Of a stretch of 64,000 bases of DNA, positions 51,373 to 60,099 are shown piece by piece. Source of the stretch: an uncultured Candidatus Binatia bacterium (GTDB lineage Bacteria > Desulfobacterota > Binatia > UBA9968 > CAXXLF01); NCBI GenBank assembly GCA_965218425.1, contig OZ244621.1, forward strand, positions 64,001 through 128,000, read 5' to 3'. The first letter of the stretch is position 1. Each line of letters begins with the position of its first letter. Under the pieces are notes generated by a model that did not search any database, was not told the origin of the DNA, and worked only from the letters and a program-made list of their open reading frames with translations. The position numbers and the translations under genes are program-made.

Positions 51373-51564
51373 CTCATGAATATTGGGATCATTAATCTCT
51401 AAGAAATCCTAGAGGCAGATTCAATGCTTCCCAAAGAATGCTGGCTTCGGGACTTGAATTGCCTCTCCGTCTCTGCATAAAATGCGCTACATCGTCGATT
51501 GATCGTTCTCATTTTCTTCCGTCCAAAGCACCTGGAAGTTTAACCAAAACAGGAGATCAAAATT

Positions 51565-52683
51565 ATGGCAATTGCACTCTCGCACGGTGGATCAAATATT
51601 TACTCCTCATCATCACGATCCGACGAGCTTCTGGTTGGAACCAAGGAAGGTGTCGTTATTCTAAAACGGGGTTCCAGTACCCAGTGGGATGTGGCGCACC
51701 GCGCCTTGCCCGACCAGTTTATCAGTTCTATTATCATAGAGCCCGACAGCAAGACCATCTTCGCCGGCGCCTTCTATGGCACAGTGCACGCCAGTACGGA
51801 CGGTGGCAGAACTTGGCAGCGGCGGGATAACGGCCTGACGGTGCATGATGTCTATAGCCTGGCCTCGGTAAAGTTGAACGGCAAGGTTCGAGTCTATGCA
51901 GGGACAGAGCCCGCCCACCTTTTTTACAGTGAGGACCTGGGTCACCATTGGACAGAATTACCGTCCTTGAGATCCGTACCCAGTACACCCCAGTGGAGCT
52001 TCCCTGCCCCACCACACATCGCGCACACAAAATTCATCACTTTTGACCCTCTCAATCCCGCCAAGATGTATGTCTGTATCGAACAGGGCGCCCTATTGGC
52101 CAGCGATGATGCCGGTCAGAGCTGGAAGGAACTCAATACTGTTGGATTTTACACCGATAAGAATCGCCCGCTGGAGCATTTCTACGACGTTCACAAGGCA
52201 ATGATCCACCCGCACGATCCTAAAAGAATATTTGTGAGCGGTGGCGCTGGCCTGTACGTTAGCGCTGATGGGGGTGGCCATTGGGAGCGATGGACCAGCC
52301 CGGATTGGGCCACAGACGTCTATCCTGACGGTCTCGTCCTCAACCCAAACCAACCGGACACCATGTTTGTTTCAGCCGCAGAGCACAATCCTCGCACCTG
52401 GCGTGAGGGCAAAACCCCCGGCCATGCCGGGACGCGAATATATCGTACCATTGACGGCGGGCGCACCTGGAAAATACTAGGCGACGGGCTGGCAGACCGG
52501 ATGAAGCACGAAGCCGGGGCGTTATGTCTGGAGAGCCATGGAGAGTCGTTCTCAGTCTTTTTTGCAACCACTGGAGGCGATCTCTATTGCACTGAGGATG
52601 GCGGAGATCACTGGTCTTTAATTAGTAGCGGCTTGGCGCCCGTTTCGAAAAAAGGGCATGAGCGCCTATTGAGAACGGCGTAG
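51565..52683 (+). CDS. BNR/Asp-box beta-propeller protein (Ycf48-like)
   Basis: Repeated S/T-x-D-G-G-x-T/S-W boxes; no signal peptide. Confidence 0.85.
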   Translation: MAIALSHGGSNIYSSSSRSDELLVGTKEGVVILKRGSSTQWDVAHRALPDQFISSIIIEPDSKTIFAGAFYGTVHASTDGGRTWQRRDNGLTVHDVYSLASVKLNGKVRVYAGTEPAHLFYSEDLGHHWTELPSLRSVPSTPQWSFPAPPHIAHTKFITFDPLNPAKMYVCIEQGALLASDDAGQSWKELNTVGFYTDKNRPLEHFYDVHKAMIHPHDPKRIFVSGGAGLYVSADGGGHWERWTSPDWATDVYPDGLVLNPNQPDTMFVSAAEHNPRTWREGKTPGHAGTRIYRTIDGGRTWKILGDGLADRMKHEAGALCLESHGESFSVFFATTGGDLYCTEDGGDHWSLISSGLAPVSKKGHERLLRTA

Positions 52684-52955
52684 TACCAATTCGCGGCGTA
52701 GGTCACTTGGGAATGGGGCGTCTAACCAGCCTAGAAAATCTGCTTCACTTCGCTCTTCCTCGGGCTCATCAGCAGCGCTAACCACTGCCTCTGATTCGCA
52801 AAGTTTTTCCTGCTCCGGTTCTGTCTCCTCAAAAAGCCGTTCCATGGCCTCCCTCCCCTTGAGGCCTTCCATCTCGATCTTGAGGCGAAGGTTGTTGGTG
52901 CTGTCCGAGTGGGCTAGTGCCTGTTCCAAGCCGATCTTTCCCTCTTTAGTAAAGC
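52666..52955 (-). pseudogene. PilU/PilT retraction ATPase C-terminal fragment
   Basis: KEGKIGLEQALAHSDSTNNLRLKI resembles the PilU C-terminus; no upstream ATPase domain. Confidence 0.6.
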
Positions 52956-53273
52956 AACACGGCGTGATCAAAGGTCCGGCATCCCTCATGGATACCTTGT
53001 TCCATGGCTTCCTTCAGGACATCCACCTCACCATTTCGAATCAAGTTCTTTTATAATTGCGGAGCCCGGGTTGGGAAGAAACAATGATATTTTGTTGGGG
53101 CAAAAATTTCCCGATCTGTTTCTTCGAATATTCTCGGTCGTTTGCCGTAATCACCCAACGGCCTCACTTCCCCCCCAAACCTTGACCTAGTCTCTACTCT
53201 CATAGATACTTCCAATTGAAGCACTGCAGGAAGACAGATCCCTGTCTTCCTGCTTAATTTCACGGGCTCGCCC

Positions 53274-53714
53274 TTGGAAAATCATCAGGAAATAGGACCA
53301 CGGGTCATGATCCAGCAGGTTTCTCAGGTTGCCGGCTCATCCCCTCACCTCTGGGTCGTGGCTTGGAACATCCAGAACGCTGGAGACCAACCGCTGCAGA
53401 TCCTAAATGCACAGTGCCCCCATGGTCGATTTCGAGCCGGCAGGGTAGAGCTTGCCGATTACCCAGAGCTAATGCCCGGTAAAAGCACACGCCTTGAGCT
53501 TGCGGTCACGTGCAAGGAGCCACCCGGCACTGTCGTGGAGAATACTTTTTTGATCCTCCAGGCCAAGTGGCGGAATCAACTCTGGCGGATATTGACTCGA
53601 CTGACCATGACCTTTGACCAACAGGGTGCCCCAAATGGATTCACCGAGGTTATCACAACGCAGTCCGTCGGGTTCTCCAAGGGAATGGGAGGGAGTGAAG
53701 ATCCCCTAGACTAG
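53274..53714 (+). CDS. Hypothetical protein, probable beta-sandwich
   Basis: 146-aa ORF with alternating beta-strand patterns and a CPH motif; stop overlaps the RBS of the next gene. Confidence 0.65.
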   Translation: MENHQEIGPRVMIQQVSQVAGSSPHLWVVAWNIQNAGDQPLQILNAQCPHGRFRAGRVELADYPELMPGKSTRLELAVTCKEPPGTVVENTFLILQAKWRNQLWRILTRLTMTFDQQGAPNGFTEVITTQSVGFSKGMGGSEDPLD

Positions 53715-53726
53715 GAGGGAATCCCA

Positions 53727-53948
53727 ATGCCGATGAATAACGAAGAAAAAACCATTCTGCAAAAACTGCGTGGCTGACATAACAACTGAGGCCTCGGCTT
53801 CGAAGAGACCACGGGTATGGTCTCCAACAGTCTCAATGTGGATCTGCAGGAATTGCTCAAGAAGTTGCAACGAATCAAGCGGGAATACGGTAAGAGCGCT
53901 GAGTTTCAGGATTGGCGAAAGCAAGTCCCCAAGGACTGGCCCATCTAA
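53727..53948 (+). CDS. Putative small selenoprotein with two in-frame UGA (UxxxU), 73 aa
   Basis: AGGAGGG RBS 53713-53719. MPMNNEEKTILQKLRG-U-HNN-U-GLGFEETTGMVSNSLNVDLQELLKKLQRIKREYGKSAEFQDWRKQVPKDWPI*. TGA at 53775 and 53787; SECIS-like hairpin downstream. Confidence 0.75.
53805..53824 (+). promoter_or_regulatory. Candidate bacterial SECIS element
   Basis: Perfect 7-bp stem GAGACCA/TGGTCTC with G-rich loop CGGGTA; loop starts 22 nt after the second UGA and 34 nt after the first. Confidence 0.6.
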
Positions 53949-53969
53949 TTCCTTAAGATTAAGGATACT

Positions 53970-54737
53970 CTACAAGCCAGGGACGTCGGGTAATCGAACC
54001 ACGGGTTGCCGCACTTGGAGGCGGGATACCCCCGCCCAGAATTCTCGCTGTCTGGTCATGGCCTGAACGTGTCCATCCCACTCCAGGGTAAACGCGGTTA
54101 CCCCCAGTTTGACGGCACTTCTGACCTTTTCCTGTGTTACTGCATCCGTGGCAAATCCCCTGAGCGCGTCAATCTGGCGTCTGCCATGGGAATCGTCCTG
54201 TTCGGCATGGAGTCGGTAGGTTTCCGCCGCATGTGCTGGGAACTTATAATACCCCGTCAGTTCCCTGTACACCTTTGCGGCAACACCGTTGGTTCCACCA
54301 TGCTGACTCTCCACGAAGCTAAGCATGGCGATGCCTTCCAATGCCGAGCGTCGTTGACAGCAGCCGGTGAGCATCTCGATGGCAGCCATGGTCCCTGGCG
54401 TCGGTTCCGCCGAGTCAGCCTCTTCCCGCGCGATACCACCCTCCTCGAGGAACTGGAGTAACACATCGGCATGACTTTTGGGTCCGGACAGTTCTTCCAT
54501 GAAGTTCTCAAGCACCACATCCATGGGTCCGTAGTGTTTTTCGGCCACAGCGTTGATGGCAATGTAACCGAAGAAAATAGCATTGGTGCGAACCCGTAGA
54601 TAGTGCTGAACCTCGCCGAGGATAATCTGCTGACGGGTCCAACGGTGTTGAATGATACCCTGAAACCAAGGGTGTTGTTCCATGGGTACCTCTCGGGCGT
54701 AACTCCAAAGCTCATCTATGAATTGATCTGAAGACAT
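53970..54737 (-). CDS. Heme-oxygenase-like (TenA/PqqC/CADD) iron-containing redox enzyme
   Basis: HPWF, ENFMEEL..SHAD, ESQ, YRLHAEQDDSH diiron-type ligand pattern. Confidence 0.8.
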   Translation of the reverse strand: MSSDQFIDELWSYAREVPMEQHPWFQGIIQHRWTRQQIILGEVQHYLRVRTNAIFFGYIAINAVAEKHYGPMDVVLENFMEELSGPKSHADVLLQFLEEGGIAREEADSAEPTPGTMAAIEMLTGCCQRRSALEGIAMLSFVESQHGGTNGVAAKVYRELTGYYKFPAHAAETYRLHAEQDDSHGRRQIDALRGFATDAVTQEKVRSAVKLGVTAFTLEWDGHVQAMTRQREFWAGVSRLQVRQPVVRLPDVPGL

Positions 54738-54821
54738 GGACCTAACCTCCTTGAGAGAGCAGCCGAGAAGCCGATTGCTCATCCCATTCTCGGTAAACGA
54801 CCCTCCTGATGGAAGCGAGCT

Positions 54822-55433
54822 TCAGGGTATTTCCATTCCGCGCCGCACTGCAGGACGATTGCCCATGGCCCTGAACCATCGATGGACGTTGGAAAATTCC
54901 TCCAGCCGGACCTGGTGCCACTCGAAGTGAGCCACCCAGGGGTAGGTGGCGATATCGGCGATGGAATAATCGTCCACAAGAAATTCCACTTGTGCGAGAC
55001 GCTTGTCCAACACGGTGTAGAGCCGTCTGGTTTCTTTGCTGTAGCGCTCGACGCCATACGCGACTTCCGCTGCGTGCCGTATAAAATGATGAGCCTGACC
55101 GAAGATCGGACCCACACCGCCCATCTGAAACATCAACCATTGAATCACATGGTATCGTTTCTTTGTTCCCCTTGGTAGCAGTTGATTGGTCTTGTCTGCT
55201 AGATACATTAGGATCGCTCCGGATTCGAACAGCGGGTAGGGTTTCCCGTCAGGTCCTTCACGATCGACGATTGTTGGGATTTTATTGTTTGGGTTCAGCT
55301 CCAGGTACTCCGGCTCAAATTGTTCTCCCTTGCCGAGGTTGATGGGATGAACTTCATAGGGCAGGCCCACTTCCTCAAGCATAATGGAGACTTTTCGTCC
55401 GTTAGGTGTCTTCCAAGAATAGAGATCGATCAT
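54822..55433 (-). CDS. Glutathione S-transferase, YfcG/Nu class
   Basis: TPNGRKVSIMLEE, NPNNKIP, FESGAIL, QWLMFQMGGVGP. Confidence 0.92.
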   Translation of the reverse strand: MIDLYSWKTPNGRKVSIMLEEVGLPYEVHPINLGKGEQFEPEYLELNPNNKIPTIVDREGPDGKPYPLFESGAILMYLADKTNQLLPRGTKKRYHVIQWLMFQMGGVGPIFGQAHHFIRHAAEVAYGVERYSKETRRLYTVLDKRLAQVEFLVDDYSIADIATYPWVAHFEWHQVRLEEFSNVHRWFRAMGNRPAVRRGMEIP

Positions 55434-55445
55434 AAAAGAAATCCC

Positions 55446-56255
55446 TTAAGTTGAAAGAAAATTCAAAACCTTCTCACAAAAAATTTTTCTAACATCCCAC
55501 ATCAACAGATGAGCGGCACCATCGATCACCTCCACCCGAAGGTCTGGTTCTTTTTCTTTTAGAATGGCGCACCTCTTGGCGGCAGACCCACGATCCTGAG
55601 CGCCATAGAGCATGAAAAGCGGAGCCGATACCTCCGTTAGGCGCTGGGACAGCGGGATCTGGCCCTTTTGTGATTCACGCGCCTTCAACCGCTCAAGTGA
55701 CGCCTCAAAATTTTTTCCCAGACTCATTTCATGTCTCTGTCGCAAGACCTCGGGAGTAATGAGGTCTTTGTTATAAAGGTTGCCTTCCAAAAGCCTCCTC
55801 GTATCCTCCAGGGTTGGCGAGGCTTGGGTCCCTTCCTCTCCCTGCGCTGGACCCCCACCCCCTTGATCCGTTAACCGGGGGAGGAGACTGCCTGTACCAA
55901 CCGTCACCACCTTAATGACGCGATCAGGATGCTTCAATGCCAGCCCCATGACAAATCCTCCCGCTTGCGAGTGGCCGATCATGGAGGCCTGCCGGATCCC
56001 AAGGACATCCATGAATTTAACAACAAAGGCTTCCCTGTAGGAAGGTCGGTAGTCTTTTGGATTATCGGAATGACCGTAGCCGGGTTGGTCATAGGCAATA
56101 GCGCGAAACCCGCCCTGAGCCAAGGCGCCCAACGTATCCTTCCAAACGTCAGCGGAAGAGCCCAAGGATGCGCCATGAAGTAACACCACGGGTGTGCCGG
56201 AGCCTTGCTCCAAATATCGGATTTTTAATCCATCAACTTGAAGAGAGTTTTCCAT
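55446..56255 (-). CDS. Alpha/beta fold hydrolase
   Basis: LLHG, DQPGYGHS, GHSQAG, GAQD, AAH. Confidence 0.9.
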   Translation of the reverse strand: MENSLQVDGLKIRYLEQGSGTPVVLLHGASLGSSADVWKDTLGALAQGGFRAIAYDQPGYGHSDNPKDYRPSYREAFVVKFMDVLGIRQASMIGHSQAGGFVMGLALKHPDRVIKVVTVGTGSLLPRLTDQGGGGPAQGEEGTQASPTLEDTRRLLEGNLYNKDLITPEVLRQRHEMSLGKNFEASLERLKARESQKGQIPLSQRLTEVSAPLFMLYGAQDRGSAAKRCAILKEKEPDLRVEVIDGAAHLLMWDVRKIFCEKVLNFLST

Positions 56256-56468
56256 AGGATCTCCTGAGTTGATTATTGACCTCAATGTCTTAAGGCTTAA
56301 TACCGCTATCCCCATCTTGAATCAATACCCTTCTTAGAGACGTGGTTTGCCGATTTCTTTCGAGGTTCGGGAGTCCGCGGCGAGCCTTGACCCCGGCTTG
56401 ACTTCACCTCCGTCCGAAGATAAAAGGGATGGCGCCCACAACCCGCCCAACAAGAAGGAGACCTCTCA

Positions 56469-57686
56469 ATGGCAACTCTCGGAGCGGACCTTCGCAAGAT
56501 GCAAGATGAGTGTCACACCGAGAAGACCCGTCTCATCGGCCATCACGATCTGGACGGCAGCGGCGATGGGATGCAGGTTATCAAATATGGAAAATACGCC
56601 TATGTTGCCCATGTAGGGACAAGCAAAATGGCCCTGTCGATTCTGGATGTTTCCGATCCGGAGAACCCGCGCCTGCTCCGCCAGATTCCCCATCCTCCCA
56701 ATACCCACAACCACAAGGTACAGATCGTAGGCAACACGCTAATCCAAAACAGCGAATTTATTTCCTACATTCCCAGGAGCGGGCCCGAGCAACCAGTAAC
56801 TGGTCTCAACGTGTACAGTATTGACGATCCCACCGATCCAAAACAGATTGCCTTTTACCCCGTCCCAATGCGCGGGGTTCACAGAATCTGGTTTCGAGAG
56901 GCACCCTACGCCCACATCGCCGCCCCAACCCCCGGCACGAAAACCCGCGGCTACCATATCGTGGACCTCTCGAAGCCGTCGGAGCCAAGGATGGCGGGTT
57001 GCTGGTGGCTGCCGGGCGCGAGAGAGGATGACCCCGAAAAATGGGAGGCCCTCGACCCCGGCCATGACCACTTTCAGGTGCACGGCGCTATCCCCAACGG
57101 AAATCGCGCCTATGTATCTTGTACCGACGCCGGGATGAGCATTGTGGACATCAGCAATGTCGGTTCCCCGAAACTTATCAGTCACATCAACTGGAGCCCA
57201 CCCTATGGCGGCTACGCGCACACCTCCTTGCCGCTCCCCGGGCGAGGACTCCTCATTGAGGTTTGTGAGTGGTTATCCGGCGGCCTCGAAAAGAATGGCG
57301 ACAAGCGGATCTGGGTCATGGACATCCGCGACGAGCGTCAGCCGGTGATGATCAGCAGTTTCCCAAAGCCAAAACCTCCAAGGAATTCACCCTGGGAGAG
57401 CTTTCACAACCGTCCGCTGCGCTTCGGCCCGCATAATGTGCACGAGAACTACCCCCATAGCTTTAAAAGCGAGCAACTCATATTCTCCACCTGGTTTAAT
57501 GCCGGGATGCGAATTACGGACATCAGCGATGCGGACAGGCCATCGGAAGTGGGGTACTTCATACCGCCGCCTCCACCGGGAGAAGAATCTCCTGAAACCA
57601 ACGACCTCTTTGTTGATACCGACAATCTCATCTACCTCACGGACAGACGTCGAGGCGGAATGTACATTGTGGAATACACCGGCTAA
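56469..57686 (+). CDS. LVIVD-repeat beta-propeller protein
   Basis: Repeated I-L/V-D-V/I-S-D-P blades; AAGGAG RBS; His at successive blade tips. Confidence 0.85.
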   Translation: MATLGADLRKMQDECHTEKTRLIGHHDLDGSGDGMQVIKYGKYAYVAHVGTSKMALSILDVSDPENPRLLRQIPHPPNTHNHKVQIVGNTLIQNSEFISYIPRSGPEQPVTGLNVYSIDDPTDPKQIAFYPVPMRGVHRIWFREAPYAHIAAPTPGTKTRGYHIVDLSKPSEPRMAGCWWLPGAREDDPEKWEALDPGHDHFQVHGAIPNGNRAYVSCTDAGMSIVDISNVGSPKLISHINWSPPYGGYAHTSLPLPGRGLLIEVCEWLSGGLEKNGDKRIWVMDIRDERQPVMISSFPKPKPPRNSPWESFHNRPLRFGPHNVHENYPHSFKSEQLIFSTWFNAGMRITDISDADRPSEVGYFIPPPPPGEESPETNDLFVDTDNLIYLTDRRRGGMYIVEYTG

Positions 57687-57832
57687 CGGCTTCGTGAGTT
57701 GAAGCGCCGTGGCAAGTCCCCCTTGGATTCCTATATTTACGGAAGTCTCCGCAGCTAGGATCCCCCTTGACCACATCCTTGGCTCGTGATTTTATTCTTT
57801 TAAGTTACAGGTAACCGGAGGAGGCCTGAACC

Positions 57833-58867
57833 ATGACAGCAAAAAAACAGATGTACATAGGGACGGAGGCTGGAGTCGTTGTGATGTCACACGAGAACGG
57901 CTGCTGGAACCAGCGAGGGGGCGGACTCAAAGGCAAAGCCATTAACGTCCTGTTGGCATCCGGTGACGCCGGCGTTGTTTATGGATGCACCCCAAAGGAT
58001 GGATTATTCGTATCGAAGGACGGCGGAGAGTCCTGGGATCTGGCTTTTTCGGGAAAAGTACACACCATGGCCTTGGATCCCAGCAACCCAAAAGTGATCT
58101 ATGCCGGCACCGAGCCCATTCGCTTGCTCCGGTCTGATAACATGGGTAACAGCTGGACCGAGATTGAAGGCTTACAGCACGTGCCGGAAGAGGCACGTGA
58201 CAGATGGTGGTTTCCCATCTACCCCCACGAATCCCATGTACGGAGCATTTTCGTCGATTGGCATAACCCGAAAATCCTCTGTGTGGGCCTTGAGCACGGG
58301 GGAATCTTCCGAACCGAAGACGGGGGCGAGAACTGGGAAAATCTCTCCGCCGGCATTGAGTACCTCGACATTCACATGGTCATGGGAGATCCCCTTCAGG
58401 AAAATTTGTACTATGCGGCAACCGCACGGGGTTTTTACCGCAGCGATCAATTCGGACGCCAATGGATCTCTTCCGCAGACGGAGTTTCCCGGGACTACTT
58501 CCACGATTTTGTTGCACTACCGGGAGCCGTTTCCACCTTATTAGTGGCAACGGCCAACGGCACACCGCCGGCATGGTTGCGACCCGGTAAGGCCCAATCT
58601 GCGATCTTCCGTAGCAACGACTGCGGAGAGTCCTGGCACCAGTTGGGCGGCGGTCTACCGGACAGCATGGAACGTATGGTTTGGACCATTGTTCGCGACC
58701 CATGGGACAATGACTCCGTCTACGCGAGCATTGGCGACTACAGCCCCAACCTTTCCGAGGGTGAGACCGGCTACAGGGAGGTGTGGACCAGCCACGACCG
58801 TGGCGAACACTGGAAGGAACTCTACAAAGGCCCAAGTCCAATTCGCTCGGTCTGCGTTGGGCTCTAG
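57833..58867 (+). CDS. BNR/Asp-box beta-propeller protein, paralog of 51565
   Basis: SKDGGESW, YAGTEP, WWFPIYPHESHV, TEDGGENW, DIH. Confidence 0.85.
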   Translation: MTAKKQMYIGTEAGVVVMSHENGCWNQRGGGLKGKAINVLLASGDAGVVYGCTPKDGLFVSKDGGESWDLAFSGKVHTMALDPSNPKVIYAGTEPIRLLRSDNMGNSWTEIEGLQHVPEEARDRWWFPIYPHESHVRSIFVDWHNPKILCVGLEHGGIFRTEDGGENWENLSAGIEYLDIHMVMGDPLQENLYYAATARGFYRSDQFGRQWISSADGVSRDYFHDFVALPGAVSTLLVATANGTPPAWLRPGKAQSAIFRSNDCGESWHQLGGGLPDSMERMVWTIVRDPWDNDSVYASIGDYSPNLSEGETGYREVWTSHDRGEHWKELYKGPSPIRSVCVGL

Positions 58868-58919
58868 TGAGTTGCAATGAGCGGTAGCGTACTAATACGG
58901 AATAAAGCACTAGTGCGAG

Positions 58920-59810
58920 ATGAGTAACGCCACCAACCCTAAGGTCCCATGGTCTCCTCCAGGTGATGATGAGCTCACCTGGTTTCCCGCCAAGGGTAAA
59001 TTACCGTTAACCCCCGGCCCTCTGGAATATACCGTAGAGGTGGACGCCCTCTTTTTCGGGTTGACCCGCGCACTGGAAAGCCTCGAATTTCCTTTGACTG
59101 AAGTCCGGTCCCGGCTGGTTGAGGGTCGATTGTACATCGCGGTAGCCCCGTCTGGCGACGCCGAGAAAGACATGCCCCGCCGGTTGCAAAGGGTCGTGGA
59201 CTTGAGTCTCCGCTACACCAGGGATATCCGAGGGTCCTGGCAGCAACAGGTCCGGCCCAAGGTCAAAGATTATAACCGGTGGATGGCGGAGTTCGAAAGC
59301 AACAGCCCATCCGCCAAGGAGCTGGCCGAGCAGGTCCGACAGCTTCGGTGGGTGCGAGGTAATCAGTGGTTCAATATCTTTCGCCCCGTGGTTGCACCCA
59401 CAGCCCTTATGCAGCATTGGGCCAACGAGGCCATAAAAATAAAGGGAAGTGACAGCGAGGAAGCCCGATCCGCGGTGGAGGCGGCAGAGGATGCCGCTTC
59501 GGTTGCCAAGGAAGCCATGGGCGCCGTCGAGCGTGGTCGAACCCTCCTCTTATCGACGCTCCGAGGGGTGGGGGACCGTCTAGGCCACCTAGGATCACTT
59601 AAGGAACGGGAGGATGTTTTTTGGCTTCAATGGATGGAAGTTCGTAACACTTTGGCAAATGGCGGAGATGCCAAAGCCCTCGTGGTCAAACGAAAATCAG
59701 AAGCCGCTCAGCTAGGCGAAGCCAGTCCACCCACGACCCTAGGACCCCACCTACCGGATGATGCCCCGAGGATGTACCTCATCCGAGAAATTTTCGCTCT
59801 GCTGAGCTAG
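58920..59810 (+). CDS. Hypothetical protein resembling the central domain of PEP-utilizing/rifampin phosphotransferase-like enzymes
   Basis: PLTPGPL near N-terminus; VGDRL..GSLKEREDVFWL..EV..LVVKRK...PPTTLG; no ATP-grasp or His-swivel domain. Confidence 0.55.
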   Translation: MSNATNPKVPWSPPGDDELTWFPAKGKLPLTPGPLEYTVEVDALFFGLTRALESLEFPLTEVRSRLVEGRLYIAVAPSGDAEKDMPRRLQRVVDLSLRYTRDIRGSWQQQVRPKVKDYNRWMAEFESNSPSAKELAEQVRQLRWVRGNQWFNIFRPVVAPTALMQHWANEAIKIKGSDSEEARSAVEAAEDAASVAKEAMGAVERGRTLLLSTLRGVGDRLGHLGSLKEREDVFWLQWMEVRNTLANGGDAKALVVKRKSEAAQLGEASPPTTLGPHLPDDAPRMYLIREIFALLS

Positions 59811-59912
59811 GATGGCCCCGGGCAATTGCCTGGGCACAACCCCCATATTGCGCCCAAGGAAAGTTTGTATTTCAAAACAAACATGGTAAGAATATCTACT
59901 CCCAAATAATCA

Positions 59913-59986
59913 GAGCCGTTAGCTCAGCCTGGTAGAGCATCTGCCTTTTAAGCAGAGGGTCGTTGGTTCGAGTCCAACACGGCTCA
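59913..59986 (+). tRNA. tRNA-Lys(TTT); CCA not encoded
   Basis: GAGCCGT/ACGGCTC acceptor stem, AGCTCAGCCTGGTAGAGC D-arm, TCTGC-CTTTTAA-GCAGA anticodon arm, GGTTCGAGTCC T-arm; followed by TCA. Confidence 0.95.
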
Positions 59987-60099
59987 TCAACTTTCCCAAG
60001 CTGCCCCAACACCTTAACCACCTGAAAAAAGGCATCTGTTCTCACACCTGAGATGCGCTTCCAAAGCGCTCTGCCTAGTCGGAGGAACCATAATAATTC

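Noticed and set aside
53706..53924. 72-aa minus-strand ORF and 53770-54066 plus-strand ORF from the track
   Set aside because: Shadow frames of the RBS-bearing UGA-containing gene; no RBS or protein-like features, and they overlap neighbouring genes.
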